Positions 18,540 to 35,794 of a DNA stretch of 64,000 nt are shown piece by piece. Origin of the DNA: the human T2T-CHM13v2.0 reference genome, Homo sapiens; assembly GCF_009914755.1 (NCBI RefSeq), contig NC_060933.1; one strand, 5' to 3'. How positions within the stretch are numbered: position 1 is the stretch's first letter; each line of letters opens with the position of its first letter. A model generated the notes under the pieces. That model was not told where the DNA came from. It ran no database searches and worked only from the letters and a program-made list of their open reading frames with translations. Made by a program: the position numbers and the translations under genes.

Positions 18540-18965
18540 CTCTTTCTTTCTTTCCTTCCTTCCTTCCTTCCTTCCTTCCTTCCTTCCTTCCTTCCCTCCC
18601 TCCCTCCCTCCTTCCCTCCCTCCCTTCCTTCCTTTCTTCTTCCCCTCCCTCCCTCCCTCTCTCTCTCTCTTTCTTTCTTTCTTTCTGACAGAGTCTCACT
18701 CCATCACCCAGGCTGGAGTACAGTGGCACCATCTCGGCTCACTGCAACCTCTGCCTCTTGGGTTCAAGTGATTCTCTTGCCTCAGCCTCCTGAGCAGCTG
18801 GGATTACAGGCACCCTCCACTACACCCGGCTAATTTTTTTTTTTTTTTGTATTTTTAGTAGAGACACGATTTCACCATGTTGGCCAGGCTGGTCTCAAAC
18901 TCATGACCACCTGCCTTGGCCTCCCAAAGTGCTGGGATTACAGGCATGAGCCACCGTGCCTGGCC
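18540..18965 (-). mobile_element. AluSx-like with (CCTT)/(CCCT)/(CT) polypyrimidine tail
   Basis: Pyrimidine tract at 18540-18686, then an antisense Alu. Confidence 0.92.
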
Positions 18966-19780
18966 TATGATTAATGATTTTCAATTGTGTTCTGCACATT
19001 TTGGGTATGATGTTCTGAGACTGTGGATATTATTGAAATCTTCTGTTTTAGCCTATCTCCTTTGATACCACATTGGTGTGGGAAGAAAAGCACTATCTCA
19101 TCACTGCCAGGCAGGGATGAAAGCCCAAGTTCCCATTCAGTCTCTGCTGACACCGAGTGAGGAAAAGGTGCCTTGTTACTGCTGGTTGGGGTGGAAGTTT
19201 CGGCTCCCCACTCCACTGACACTGCCCTGCTTGGGATGGGGAGGGACCTCTCATTATGCTCCCCTTGTGGTCTCCACTGATACTGTGGAAGGTGGGAAGG
19301 ACATTACTGCTGAGAAGTGGTAAAAGCCCTGGCTCTTCACTAGGCTTCCTCTGATTCCACTTCAATGAGGAGAGGAAGAGGTGCTTCATTATCACTGGGT
19401 GGGAGTATGAGTCCAGGCTTTCTCTGTGGTCTCTGCTGACATCACAGGACTGACTGGTGGGGATGGAAGTCCTGGCAGGGAGAAGGTGGACTTGGTTACA
19501 GCCTCCAGAGGGTAGAGGTCTAGGCTCCCCATTCTACCTTTGTCGACAGAGGTGGAGTGGGGCCACAGTTTTCTTACCATGTTTGGCTAGTTTGGGGTGG
19601 TTATTGTCTAAAAGTTCTGTCTTGCTAGGCAGCCCCTTTCCTGGTATTTTGGCTAGAGAGGGGAGGCTTTTCTTGAGAGCTTTTTTTTTTGTGGGGAGGT
19701 CTGCACTTGCTGCTTTTTTGGGGCTGCTGGATTCTCTAGCCTCGCTATATCCAGGGTTACATGAGGCAAAAAAGAAAACC

Positions 19781-20081
19781 ATCATTCTCAGCAAACTATC
19801 GCAAGGAAAAAAAACCAAACACCGCATGTTCTCACTCATAGATAGGAATTGAACAATGAGAACACATGGACACAGGAAGGCGACCATCACACTCTGGGGC
19901 CTGTTGTGGGGTGAGGGGAGGAGGGAGGGATAGCATTAGGAGCTATACCTAATGTTAAATGACGAGTTGATGGGTGCAGCACACCAACATGGCACATGTA
20001 TACATATGTAACTAACCTGCACCTTGTGCACATGTACCCTAAAACTTAAAGTATAATAAAACAAAAACAAAAACAAAAAAA
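19781..20081 (+). mobile_element. Short 3' fragment of a younger L1PA (L1PA3/4-like)
   Basis: L1 3'UTR ending AAAACTTAAAGTATAATAAA; 14-bp TSD CAAAAAAGAAAACC at 19767-19780 and 20082-20095. Confidence 0.92.
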
Positions 20082-20247
20082 CAAAAAAGAAAACCCAGGA
20101 ATCTTAAGGTCCTACGCAGTTTGCCTTCTTCTTTCTACCTTTCAGAATCATTGTGGGTTTGTTTTTAGCCGGTTTTCAGCTGCATTTAGTGAGAGGACTA
20201 GGGAGAAGCACGTCCACTCCATCTTGTCTGGAGCCAGAGTTGAAAGC

Positions 20248-20530
20248 ATTTTTTTCTTTCAGCGCTTTGATGTTCCACTTTCTGGTCACCTCCATAATTT
20301 CTGATGAAAAGTCAGTGATATTTCAAGTCACTGTTTGGACTGAATATGTCACTTTTTTTCTGGCTACTTTCCAGATAGTTTTAGTTCTCAGCAGTTTTGT
20401 CTAGGTGTGGCTTTCTTCTTACTTATCCTGCTTGGGGTTAGCTGAACTCCTTGATTCAGAAGTTCTTTCAGAAAATATAGGAAATTTCTGTCCATGACTT
20501 CTTAAAATATTTTTTTCTAACCTCCTTTCT
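20248..20530 (-). mobile_element. Ancient L1M ORF1 fragment
   Basis: TTTTTCTTTCAGCGCTTTGATGTTCCAC...TTTCTGATGAAAAGTCAG, antisense ORF1-like. Confidence 0.55.
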
Positions 20531-20993
20531 GTGTCTCTAAAAAAATTAAAATAGTAATTTAAAATCCTAAATTAGAGAACTCTATATCCAGTGGTTTCAC
20601 TGGTGACTTCTATTAAACATTTAAGAAAAAATAATACATCAGAAACTCTTACAGAAAAAGGAGAAAGAGGAAACCTTCCCACTTGTTTTGTGAGGTCAGC
20701 ATAACCCTACCGCCCAAACCTGACAAACACATCACAATAAAACTACAGAACAATATCCCACAAGAACATAGATGCAAGCATTCCTAAGAAAATACTAGCA
20801 AATTTAATCTAGCAATATATTATAAGGATAATACACTAAGACCAACTGAGTTTTGTCTCAGCAATGTAATATTGGTTTAATGTTAAAAATTTAATCAGTG
20901 TAATACACAGTATTCACAAAATAAAGGAGAGAAACCATATGATCGTTGAAAACACAAAAATGTTTAAATAAAACTCAATGCTTATTCAATGTG

Positions 20994-20995
<2 letters not shown>

Positions 20996-21027
<32 letters not shown>

Positions 21028-21044
21028 CTCTCTCTCTCTCTCTC
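20996..21044. repeat. Compound (CA)n(CT)n microsatellite
   Basis: Seen directly. Confidence 0.95.
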
Positions 21045-21045
21045 A

Positions 21046-21517
<472 letters not shown>

Positions 21518-22006
21518 CTATATTATTGTGCTGAAAGTCCTAACTGGTGCAATAAGACAAAAAGAAAAAAAAAAAGAAAGAAGAAAAGGAAAAAAAGAGA
21601 AAGAAATAAAAAGCATGAAGACCATAAAGAAAGAAGTAAAACTGTCTCTCTTTACAGATGAGATCATTCTCTATGTAGAAAATTCTAAGGAATCTGCAAA
21701 ACAACTACAATAACTTAATAAATGAATTTAGCACGATTGTAAGATATAAGATATATATATGTTTATATATAATTGATAATTACATATCTGTGCACTGGCA
21801 GCAAGCAGAAATGTTTTTTAAAATTTCATTTATAAGTATAACATACTTAGTAATAAACTTAGCAAAAGAGAGAAATGAAAGAAGCCCTAAGATAAACAGA
21901 AAGAAATTGTGTGCTCGTGGGTCAGAAGACCCAAGTTAGTTAACAGGTCAATTCTCCCTGGATTGACCTATCATAATCCCGGGAGCATTGTGCGAATGCA
22001 TAAATT

Positions 22007-22313
<307 letters not shown>

Positions 22314-22786
22314 GGAGAATGCGTGAATTGTCAATCTCATTCTAACATTCATAGAGAAGAACCTAAGTTAGCCCTCCAAATCTTGCCGTAAGTTGAAGAA
22401 CTTACAGTACCTGATTTCAAGACTAAAGAACAAAGGCCAAAAAAAGACTAGATTCATGGTATTGACTAGAGAGTCCAGAAGTAGGCCCACATTTATACAG
22501 CACATTGATTTTTGACAAAGGCATCAAAACAGTTCTATGGGGAAAAGCAGTATTTTGAATAAATGATGCTGGAACAACTGGATGTCAGTATTGAGAAAAA
22601 TGAATGTTGAATCTTCAAATTATACAATAAATTTAATTCAAGGTGGATCGTAGGTCTAAATGTAAAAGCTAAAACTGTGAAACTTCCACAAGAAAACACA
22701 GGGAAACACTTTCACGATCTGTGAGCAGTCCAGAATGTCTTAGATGGGACAGCAAAAGCAACAAACATTTAAAAAATCGATAAATT

Positions 22787-23186
<400 letters not shown>

Positions 23187-23380
23187 CTAGTATCCAGGTT
23201 ATATAGATAATCCTGTAACTCAATAATAAGAGGGTTTATGTGCTGGAAAGATTTGAACAGACACGTCACGGAAGAATGCATATGAATGGCCAATGAACAC
23301 ATTTGAAAGTGTTCATCGTCATTAGTTATCTGGGAAATGCAAATGAAAATCCATGAGCTACTACTGCAGTCCCACCAGAA

Positions 23381-23732
23381 CAATGGTCCCCAACCTTTTT
23401 GGCACCAGGGACCAGTTTTGTGGAAGACAACTTTTTCATGGCCAATTTTTCTATGGCTGGGGGTTTGGGACGGTTTTGGGATGAAACTGTTCCACCTTAG
23501 AACAGGCATTAGTTCAAGTCTCATCAGGAGGGTGCAACCTAGATCCCTCGCATGCACAGTTCACAATAGGGCTCACGCTTCTGAGAGAATCCAGTGCTGC
23601 CACTGATCTGGCCGGAGGTGGAGCTCACGCAGCAATGCCCCCTCATCAGCCACTCACCTCCTGCTGTGCGGCCCGGTTCCTAACAGGCCATGGACCTATA
23701 CCAGTTTGTGGCCTGGGGGTTTGTGACCCCTG
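23381..23732. mobile_element. MER1B-like hAT-Charlie MITE
   Basis: Termini CAATGGTCCCCAACC...GTGACCCCTG; 8-bp TSD CACCAGAA/CACTAGAA (23373-80, 23733-40). Confidence 0.9.
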
Positions 23733-24884
23733 CACTAGAATGACTCCAATTTTAAAAGACCGATGGCACCAAATGTGGATGAGGATGTAGAAAAACTGGA
23801 ACTCTCATAAATCACTGATGGAAACATAAAATGTTACAAGTACCTCGGAGAAAGTTTCACTCTTGTCTTATAAAGTAAAACATACATCTACCCTATGACC
23901 CAGTAATGCCACTTCTAGATGTGGTCCCAAAAGAAATAAGTGCACATGTTTGCAAAAAGATTTTTATGTAAATGTTTGTAGCAGCTTTATTTATAATACC
24001 CTCAGACTGGAAACTGCCCAAATATCCATTAACAGAAGAACAGATAAACAAATTGTGGTATATCCATACTATGGAATACAATTCATCAAAAAAAAAAAAA
24101 AAAAGAGAGAATGAACTATCAATAAACACAACAACACAGATGAATCACAGACATTATGTGGAATGAAAAAAGCCAGACACAAAAAGATACAAATTGTGTG
24201 ATTCCACTTATACAAAGTTCTGGAACAGGCAAAACTAATCTATGGTGAAAAAAATTAGAAAACCGATTGCCTGTGGCGGTGCAGGATTGGCTGGGAAGAC
24301 ACAAAGTAACTTTCTGGCATGTTGAAAAGTTCTTGATTTTGCTAACGTGTGGGCTTCAGGTGTATGCATTTGATAAAATACGTAAAACCTCATAAAATGG
24401 TACACATGAAATCTGTGCATTTGTAAATCGTGCATTTGTGAATATGTAAATTTTACCTAAAAAACCCTGAAATGTAAACAAAGATTCAGAATAACATTAC
24501 ACAGGTCAGCAGTCACAACAGCACCTTGGCCACCAGGACTATGAAGAGTGCTCAGCTGCCTCTGCTCGGCCACCCTGTGACCGGGTTAGGGCAGAGCTCT
24601 TTGGGTCTGACCACACTTGCTTACAGAATCACAAGACAAAGTCCTCCACATTCTGGAGACGGAGGCTTCCTGGACGCTGCCTCTGCCACTGCATTGCTTT
24701 GCCTTGGGTAGCCAGGCAGTAGCTCACGCCTGCTCTCCTTCACAGGCACAGCCGGCTCTTTGTCCTCTGATCAACCTGATCGTCATAGGACCAACCTCCT
24801 CTGTACAAAGATAAATGCTGTTCCCCTCAATCAGTACTGACCTGGGAAACAGGGCTTCTTGGTTCTAGTCACAAGATTTGCCTA

Positions 24885-25184
<300 letters not shown>

Positions 25185-25306
25185 TCATTCACGTATTCAT
25201 GAATTACCAAATATTTTTTTGAGCCAACCCTGCTGTAGGTTCTTGGGACACATGAATGAGCAAAACACAGGAAAACTTTTGTCCTCTTCCAAGTGGGAGG
25301 ACACTG

Positions 25307-25800
25307 ATGGTGGTGCACAGAGTAATGGCCCCCAAAGACGTCCACGTTCTGATCCCTGGAAGCTGTGAGTGTGCTACTTCATGTGGCCAAAGGAATTCTG
25401 CACGTGTGATTAAGTTAGGAATCCTGAGATGGGGGGATGATCGTGGATTATCTAGTTGGGCCCAAGGTAATCACCAGGGTCCTTATACGGGTCGGGGAGG
25501 AGGGTCAGAGCTAGAGGAGGCGACGAGGTGAAGGAAGCAGAGGTTGGAATGATGCCTTTGGTGGAAGGAGCCATGAGTCAAGGAACGTGGGTGGCCTCTA
25601 GAAGCTGAAAAGGCAAGGATGTGAATTCTCCCCTAGAGCTTCCAGAAGGAATGCAGTCCTGCCGACACCTTGATTTCAGCCCAGGGAGACTCATTTCAGA
25701 CTTACAACTCCCAGAGTTACAAGATAATAAATTTGGGTTGTTTTGAGCCACCAGGTTTGTGGTAATCTGTTAGAGCAGTGACAGGAAACTGACTTAAACA
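25307..25800 (+). mobile_element. MLT1D-like MaLR solo LTR
   Basis: AATGGCCCCCAAAGACGTCCAC...AAGATAATAAATTTG...GGAAACTGAC. Confidence 0.85.
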
Positions 25801-26091
25801 ATACACCTACTACCTAAGCAGATTATCCATGATGCGTGAGAAGGTAATGGAACAATAATTCTGAGCTCCTCTTTGCCTGGGAGAGAGGCGGCTGTTGGGG
25901 TGTCTGTTTGCACATAGAGTAATTGGGCAATGAGCTTGACAATATTTGCACTCATCTCTAAAGGAGAAGCCTTTTGTTTATGGTAGGAGACAGCCTGACA
26001 ATAGTGGTAAAATCCTATTGCACAGTCCTGGTGGGCTGCTTGTACACTGCCTGTACGTAGGTAGAGTTTAATTGTATTAAAATGTGCAAAT

Positions 26092-26377
26092 GGCTGGGTG
26101 CAGTGTCTCATGCCTCTACTTCCAGCACGTTGGGAGGCCGAGGCAGGAGGATTGCTTGAGCTCAGGAGTTTGAGACCAGCCTAGGCAACATAGTGAGACC
26201 CCCTTCTCTACCAAAAAAAAAAAAAAAAAATAGCTGGGTGTGGTGGTGCACACCTGTAGTCCCAGCTACTCAGGAGGCTGAGGCAGGAGGATCTCTTGAG
26301 CCTAGGAGGTCGAGGATGCAGTGAGCTGTGTTTGCACCACTGTACTCCAGCCTGAGCAAGAAAGAAAGATCCCATCT
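26092..26377 (+). mobile_element. AluJ-like
   Basis: Full Alu. Confidence 0.9.
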
Positions 26378-26574
26378 CTTTTTTTAAAAATTGAATTAAA
26401 TGTCCAAGCGATCATATGTATAAACTCCCATGTACAAGATGGAGAAACTGAGGCATGAGAAGAACTGGTTACCGACTTGACCCAGGGCTGCATAGTGAGA
26501 TGATGGCTTCTGGCCATCATTGGGCTGGCAGTTTGAGCCCAGGTTTCCTCTTCACATGAAAATCAGAGCTTCTC

Positions 26575-26882
26575 GGCCGGGTGCAGTGGCTCACACTTGT
26601 AATCCTAGGACTTTGGGAGGCCAAGGCGGGTGGATTGCCTGAGGTGAGGAGTTCAAGACCAGTCTGGCCAACGTGGTGAAACCCCATCTCTGCTAAACGT
26701 ACAAAAAAAATTAGCCAGGCGTGGTGGTGTGCACCTGTAATCCCAGCTACTTGGGAGGCTGAGGCAGGGGAACTGCTTGAACCAGGGAAGTGGAGCTTGC
26801 AGTGAGCTGAATCGTGCCACTGCACTCCAGCTTGGGCGACAGAGTGAGACTCCGTCTCAAAAAAAGAAAGAAAAAAGAAAAG
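26575..26882 (+). mobile_element. AluSx-like
   Basis: 16-bp TSD AAAATCAGAGCTTCTC. Confidence 0.94.
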
Positions 26883-27219
26883 AAAATCAGAGCTTCTCTC
26901 ACACACACTAAATAAAAGCACTGTGCCTGCTCCCGCAACGTCCCTGTAGAAATGAGCACATCTGAGTGTCCTACCCAGTGCCAGGCTGGCTTAGCGTGGA
27001 TGCCCCCGGCACACAGCTCTCTTCCTTTTCTCGGCACCTCCGCCGCTCTCTAAATCCCCTGGGAACATCGGGAACACTCTCCGGTGTTGCTTTACACCTG
27101 TTTTTACTTGCCTCCCGCTCTCCAGCCAAGGAGTGGGCTGGATTCACGATGACGTTCACCTTTGTCACTTGAAGGCAAAACTGGTATCAAGTTTGTTGCC
27201 TCGTGATGACCATGGATTA

Positions 27220-28026
<807 letters not shown>

Positions 28027-28527
28027 CAGTAATTCTTCTTGAGTAAACTATATGGTTCAAACCACTCGAGTCAGGTATTCTGTAACTGATATCAATGAAG
28101 GCATTCAAACATTCGCCTGTCCTTGCGCTAAAACCTTCAGCGGTTCTCCACTATGCAGGGCATAAGGACTGAAAGCCTTAGCCTGGCTCACTAAACCTGT
28201 GTCTAGTCTTCCCACCAGCCCTCATCTCCCTCTCCTTGGCTCACTCTGTTACCACAGCACTGACCTTCTTAAGATTGTTCTTTTGACTCATCAGCTTCTC
28301 ACCACCTTGGGGCCTTTGCACATGCTCTGCCCTCTGTCTGGAATGCCGTCTCCCTGCACCTGCACTCCCAGCGCCACCTGGCCAACCTCTACAGATCCTT
28401 TTGGCCTTTGTTTGTGTGGCCTTCAGCAAGGCCTTCTTCCAGGTCTTCTCTTGTGGTGCTCATCCCATCTGGAATGACATGTTTCTCTGTAACCTTGCTC
28501 TTTCCTTGCAATTAGAACCTTATCACA

Positions 28528-28822
28528 GGCCAGGTGCGGTAGCTCATGCCTGTAATCCTAGCACTTTGGGAGGCTGATGGGGGTGGATCGCCTGAGGCCA
28601 GGAGTTTGAGACCAACCTGGCCAGCATGGCAAAACCCCGTCTCTACTAAAAATACAAAAAATATTAGCCGGGCGTGGTGATGGGTGCCTATAATCCCAGC
28701 TACTTGGGAGGCTGAGGCAGGAGAATTGCTTGATCCCGGGGACAGAGGTTGCAGTGAGCCAAGATTCTGCCACTGCACTCCAGCCTGGGCAAAAGAGTGA
28801 AACTCTGTCAAAAAGAAAAGAA
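28528..28822 (+). mobile_element. AluS inserted in an L2 remnant
   Basis: TSD AGAAC(C/T)T(T/G)ATCACA; L2-like GGGCCTTTGCACATGCT..TCTGGAATG upstream. Confidence 0.92.
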
Positions 28823-29103
28823 CTTGATCACAGCTGGTCCTGAGCCTATCTTTCCACGCTGTAGTCCCCTGTACCTGGTATAGTGTCGAGTCCACAGCAA
28901 GTGCACAGTTGTTTCTTGGATGAATGAAATGGTTTGTGAATCATTATTTCACTGCCTGTCTCTCCTGCTGGTCTCCAAGGACACTTCTACTGGGAATACC
29001 TCACTCGGCTCTCAGGAATCCATCCCTGGCCAATCCCTCACATGCCTGCTAGCACTCCATTCATTTGTTTACAAGTCCCTCTCTCTCACACACACACCCA
29101 TCA

Positions 29104-29310
29104 CTGTGTTCATCTACTGCTACATAACAAATAATCCCCAAACATAGAAGCTTTAAATAGCAGGAAACATTTATTATCTCATTGTTTCTGTGGGTGAGAA
29201 ATTTAGAAGCAGCTTAGCTGAGTGGTTCTGGTTCCGAGTCTCTTCTGAGAGTGCAGTCAGGGGCTGCAGTCATCTGAAAGCTCGACTGAGGCTGGGGGAT
29301 CTGCATGCTC
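29104..29310 (-). mobile_element. MLT1 LTR fragment
   Basis: CATAACAAATAATCCCCAAAC...TTTCTGTGGGT...GCAGCTTAGCTG. Confidence 0.7.
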
Positions 29311-29514
29311 ATGGAAGGTGTAAAGGCAGGTGATTTGTTTCATTCCATCAGCCCAGCCCCAGTGTCTTTCGGGGCCAAGGGAGGGTTGGTGATGGTTTTG
29401 GAGATTTGGGGAGGAGTGGTGGCTGTGCCCAACCCTTTAGGCACTGACGAGAAAGAATATAACAATTAAAAGCTTCAGGGGAGTGGATGAAATAGATGAA
29501 TAAATAAATAAATA

Positions 29515-29815
<301 letters not shown>

Positions 29816-30906
29816 AAATGAATGAATGAATGAGAGACCTTGAGGAATTTCTTGCTTTGCAGTGAAATTCTATCTCCTTTGTGTCTTGTGTCCCAAGATG
29901 TGTCTTAGGTAACAGAGCATGGGACAGAGCCACTGCAGCCATGCCCAGGGAGGGCCGGGGTGAGTAAGGTAATGACAGGTGAATCCTCCCATTGGGGGAA
30001 GTGCTCAGAAAGTGTAGGCGGGACCCACAGGCTTCTATGCCACCTGCAAGGATTTCTATGGCCTGGAACATCTTCCTGTGGATGCTGCTGCTGTGGCTGC
30101 TGTTGGTGGGTGGGGCGGGGGGTCGGGGGGCTCTCTGCTTTACCTGTGGCTCCCCAGCTGCCTTTTCTGGGGTCTGGGGGGGCTCCCTTCCCCACAGCCT
30201 GTGGTCCTCACTCCCCTAGGAGAATGTAAATGTCATTTTGCACAACTGAACTCCAGGGAAACTGCCCAGACTCAGTTAATCCCTGCTTTCCTTGCTTTAA
30301 GCAAACCCGGTTTATGGAAGTCTCTGGGATCACAGTTAAGGTAGAAACACTGTTTAGCCTCCGGGTCTGCCCCATACATTGAGCTGGCATTGCTCAAGGC
30401 AGCCTCTTGTTTCCTCTCGTAGCATTGTGAGGTTTTGGGCAGAACGTGGCTGCACTGTGCACGCGGTGAGGGATCGAAGGGGGCCCCCAAAGACACTCGA
30501 AGAACAGTGGGGGCCCTGAAAAGTGCCAATGCTGAGCCCAGACAGATGGAAGACCTTGGACAAATTCCCCGACACCCCTGAGCCTCGATTTCCTCATCTG
30601 AAAAGTGGGGTGGTGATGACAGCACATCTCAGAGGGCTGGGAGGACGAAGCCACCAAGTGACAGCTGCGATGGATCCACAGGGGCAGCAGCCGAGCAACC
30701 CGAGATCTGCAGAGCCATGGTGGGCCCAGCCCCATCCTGCCCCCCATGCAGCCAGTGAGAAGCCCTGCTGCTGGAGGGGATGGAGCTACGGGGACCGATC
30801 AATTACACCACAGTGTGAGGTCTCTGTGCCTTCCAAACTCCATCCTGAGTGTTTATTGCCTCAAAAATGAAGGGTGGGAGCCCCAAAGACCAAACAAACA
30901 GCTGAT

Positions 30907-30942
<36 letters not shown>

Positions 30943-31109
30943 GAATGGGTCTGCACTGCAGCCTGTGCTATAACAAGAGACAGAGGGACCCTCTTGACTG
31001 GGGTCTCCAGCTGAGAGCGGGGAGGCCCCCTGGGGAGGTCTCTTCCAAGGTCTGAGGAAGGAGGAGAGGTGGATGGGGCCTTGGGATTAGGGAGATGGGG
31101 CGGGGCCAC

Positions 31110-31540
31110 CATGTGTTGGCTGTGGGGCCCTGGGCAAGGAGTTAACCTCTCTGTGCCTCAGTCTCCTCCTCTATAAAATGGGTATGACAGACAGTAATAG
31201 TCTCTCCACCCTTAAAGGGCCGTTGTGAAGATTAAAGAAGTGAACAATTGTTGGTGCTTGGAGCAAAGCCTGGCTCTGGCAGTGGGCTTTGTATTTATGT
31301 TTGGTCAGTATATAAGAGTAAATGCTTAAGACCAGCTGGGGAACCACAGCGAGATCCCATCTCCACAAAAAATAAAATTAAAAAAAAAAATTAGCCGGAC
31401 ATGGTAGCATGTGCCTGTGTTCCCAGCTACTGCGGAGGCAGGAGGATGGCTTGAGCCTCGGGAGGCTGCAGTGAGCCATGATCGCACCACTGCACTCCAG
31501 CCTGGGCGACAGAGTGAGGCACCATCTTAGAAAAAAAAAA
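31110..31540 (+). mobile_element. MIR fragment (~31110-31280) followed by a partial AluJ (~31328-31540)
   Basis: TTAACCTCTCTGTGCCTCAGTCTCCTCCTCTATAAAATGGG; Alu 3' two-thirds. Confidence 0.8.
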
Positions 31541-32491
31541 GTAAATGTCCCTGCTACCCGCAGGCTTCCCACCCATAGGCCTGCAGGCCCAGCTGCTTAT
31601 TGGAGCCGGCCTGAGGTGGAGTCAGGGGTCTTCCTTTCTTTATCTTCTTTCCTGCCACCCCCACCCCAGCTCCTGTGGCTCCTCCCCTTGTCCCGGAGGA
31701 AGAGGACACTGAGTGGCACCTCACCACACTTCCCCTGAGGTCCCAACACAGGTGGGCCGTGGATGCTTCCTAAGCCTCCGCTGTGCCTCCTACTGACACA
31801 GTGAGAATGGGGCCAGGAGGCTGGGGAGAGATTTTAGGAGACCTGAAGTCTCTGGAGATCTTTGATCTTGGGGGAGGGAGGCTTACAGTGATGGAGTCTC
31901 TTCCGCAGCAGGCCCCTCACCTCCCCTGAGGACTGTCAGCCAGACTTGGGGTGTGTGTTTGCCCACATGGGTCAGGACAGAGCCCCTCGAAGCCATCCTT
32001 CCACCAGGTTAGCTCAGACCACAGACCTGGCCGTATCGCTGTTGGGGGTCTGATGGTCACATGGGCACCTTAGCCTCATTGAGAGAGGTGGGGTTCAAAG
32101 AGCTCTGGGACCATCTCAACCCCTAGACAAGTGAGCAAGTCTGGACCTCAGTCTCTTCTTTTGTCCAGTGTTCTGCAGATTCAGAGAAATAACAGGCATC
32201 AAGTCTATGCAGGCCAGAGTTTAACGGATGTGTCTGCCACTCAAGGGGGTGGTGTTGGGGGGACAAAGGACAGTTGTACATGACTGTGCCAGGCCTGCCC
32301 TGGAGTTCTGAGCCACCTTGCTGAACGCCAGCACCCACGGCTGCACGGCCCCTAAGGGTGGCACTGTCCTTGCTTCCCAGCTGCGTGAGGGACAGGACCT
32401 AGTTATTGCTTGTTTGTGCAGGTGTGATGCTCCTACCTAGAGAGGGTCCTCAGAACCTCCCAGCCCACTTCCCCACTGTCCTCCCGCCAGC

Positions 32492-33510
<1,019 letters not shown>

Positions 33511-34209
33511 CATCCCTCCTCTCTCTCTGGTTTCTCGCTCCTGCCAGCATGAACACTGAGTATCGCCACTGGCCTCCCCCCGGAGCCAGGGTGGGGGTGG
33601 GGTGGGGAGGTGGGGAGTGAAACCAGCGCTGAGCTCCTGAGTCAGGCCCTTCTGGACTTCCCGGACTTTCTCCCCGCTCCACCTCCCAGCCCCCTGGGAT
33701 AAATTCCACCTGGACCCCCAGCCCTCGGCCTCAGCTCCTCCTTCAGTGTGAATCCCTGGCTTGTGACATCTCCACAGACTGGCCTGAGCGAGCCCCACAT
33801 AAGCCCAGCTTGGAGTGGGGCCAGGAGCCTCCCTTACTGCCTTCAGGGAGCTGCCAGTCTCCTGAGGGAGCCGCAGAGCCTGGAATCCGGGTCCCAGGTT
33901 TGCAGAGCGAGCTTGCAGAGAGCCTCTGTTTTCTCTGATTCTCGGCTGTGCTCTGGGCCGGACTCCCTGGTCAGCCCATAGCTCTTGGCTGCAGGAAACC
34001 GGCCCCGTGCTTGTTTTGTTTTGATTGCACAACCCCGGTGCAGGAGGCCAGGGTGGACATCTGCTGTTTTGGCCAGCCCAGCACCCAAGCCCCCCTTTTC
34101 TGGCAAGAGCCCCCCAGTTGCCTCATGGGGACCTCCCCCAGTGTGTGTAGCCTGGGGAGTGTGCTGTCAGCCTAGATGCCCCTGTCCTGCCTGGCCAAGG
34201 GATGGGCCT

Positions 34210-34634
34210 TGTCTTCGTCTGTTTTCTGTTGCTTATAACAGAATACCTGAAACTGGGTAATGTATAAAGAAAAGGAATGTATTTCTTATAGTTATGGCAG
34301 CTGAGAAGTCCCAGGTTGAGGGACCACATTCGGTGACACCCTTTTTGCTGGTTGGGATCTGTGCAGTCTCCAGGCAGTGCCGGGCATCACATGGCAAGGG
34401 GGCAGAGTGGCCCATGAGCTGGCTCAAGCCTCTCTTCTTTTTATAAAGCCACCAGTTTCCCTCCCATGATGACCCGTTAATACACTGAAATCCATGAATG
34501 CATTAATCCATTCCTGAGGGCAGAACCCTCATGCTCCAATCACATCTTAAAGCTCCCACCTCTCGATACTGCCCCACTGGAGATTAAGTTCTCCATGACA
34601 CATGAAATTTGGGGGACACATTCAACCCACAGCA
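34210..34634 (-). mobile_element. MSTB/MSTC-like MaLR solo LTR
   Basis: TGTTGCTTATAACAGAATACCTGAAACTGGGTAAT...GGGGGACACATTCAACCCACAGCA. Confidence 0.85.
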
Positions 34635-35266
34635 GGCCTGGAGCCCCATCTTGGTCACCAGCCGTCCTACCCTGAAGATAGATGCCCATCTGGCCTCATT
34701 CTTGATGGCCAACCCCTGGGGTGGTCACTGAGTCTTTCCTGGCTCTGGAAGATGCCCTGGTTTCGTCCCATCCTCACCAAGGCCCGCCTGGATCTCCAGC
34801 CTTTGCTTCCATTCTCTGAGCTCCCTCTTGGTCTGATGATAAAGCCCCTTTCTGCTCAAGTCAAACGAAGTCCATTTCTCTTGCTTATAACCACAGAAAC
34901 CTGACTGGTTAGACACTGAATGCCACCCGACTCTGCCCTAACTCACTGCATGACCCTGGGCAAGATGGCCCCTCTCTGGGCCTCAGTTTCTCCAACTGCA
35001 CGGCTGAACGCGCCTCCCATGCTGACGCCCCAAGGCCCTGTGGCTGCTTTGGTCATCGTGGCTGACTTGGACTGGTGGTGTGTTTGCTGCTGAGGATCGG
35101 TGGGGGCCTTCCCTGCCCTGACCCTGGAGGTCTATGGGGCGTGCCTGGTTGGGGAGAGGGGATGACAGCTGGGGAATCCTCAGCTTCTGTGTAGTTGGGC
35201 TCATAAGGACCAATGTGTTGGTACCAAGGCTGTTGCTTTAATAGGCAGTGGTCCACTTCTCTTTAA

Positions 35267-35597
<331 letters not shown>

Positions 35598-35794
35598 CAT
35601 GCTTTAAGGTACAGTTTCCAGAGGAGGTGGAGGAGCAGCCTTCAGAGGCCTGTCCTGACCCTAAGGTGACCAGCCTCTGGGTTTCCAGATGAGCAGCTTT
35701 GGCACACAGGTCAGAGGCCAGGTACAGTGGGCACTTTGTTAGTATCGCTTCATGTCAACTCATCCACCTGAAGAGGACAGCGTTTGAGGTAGAG

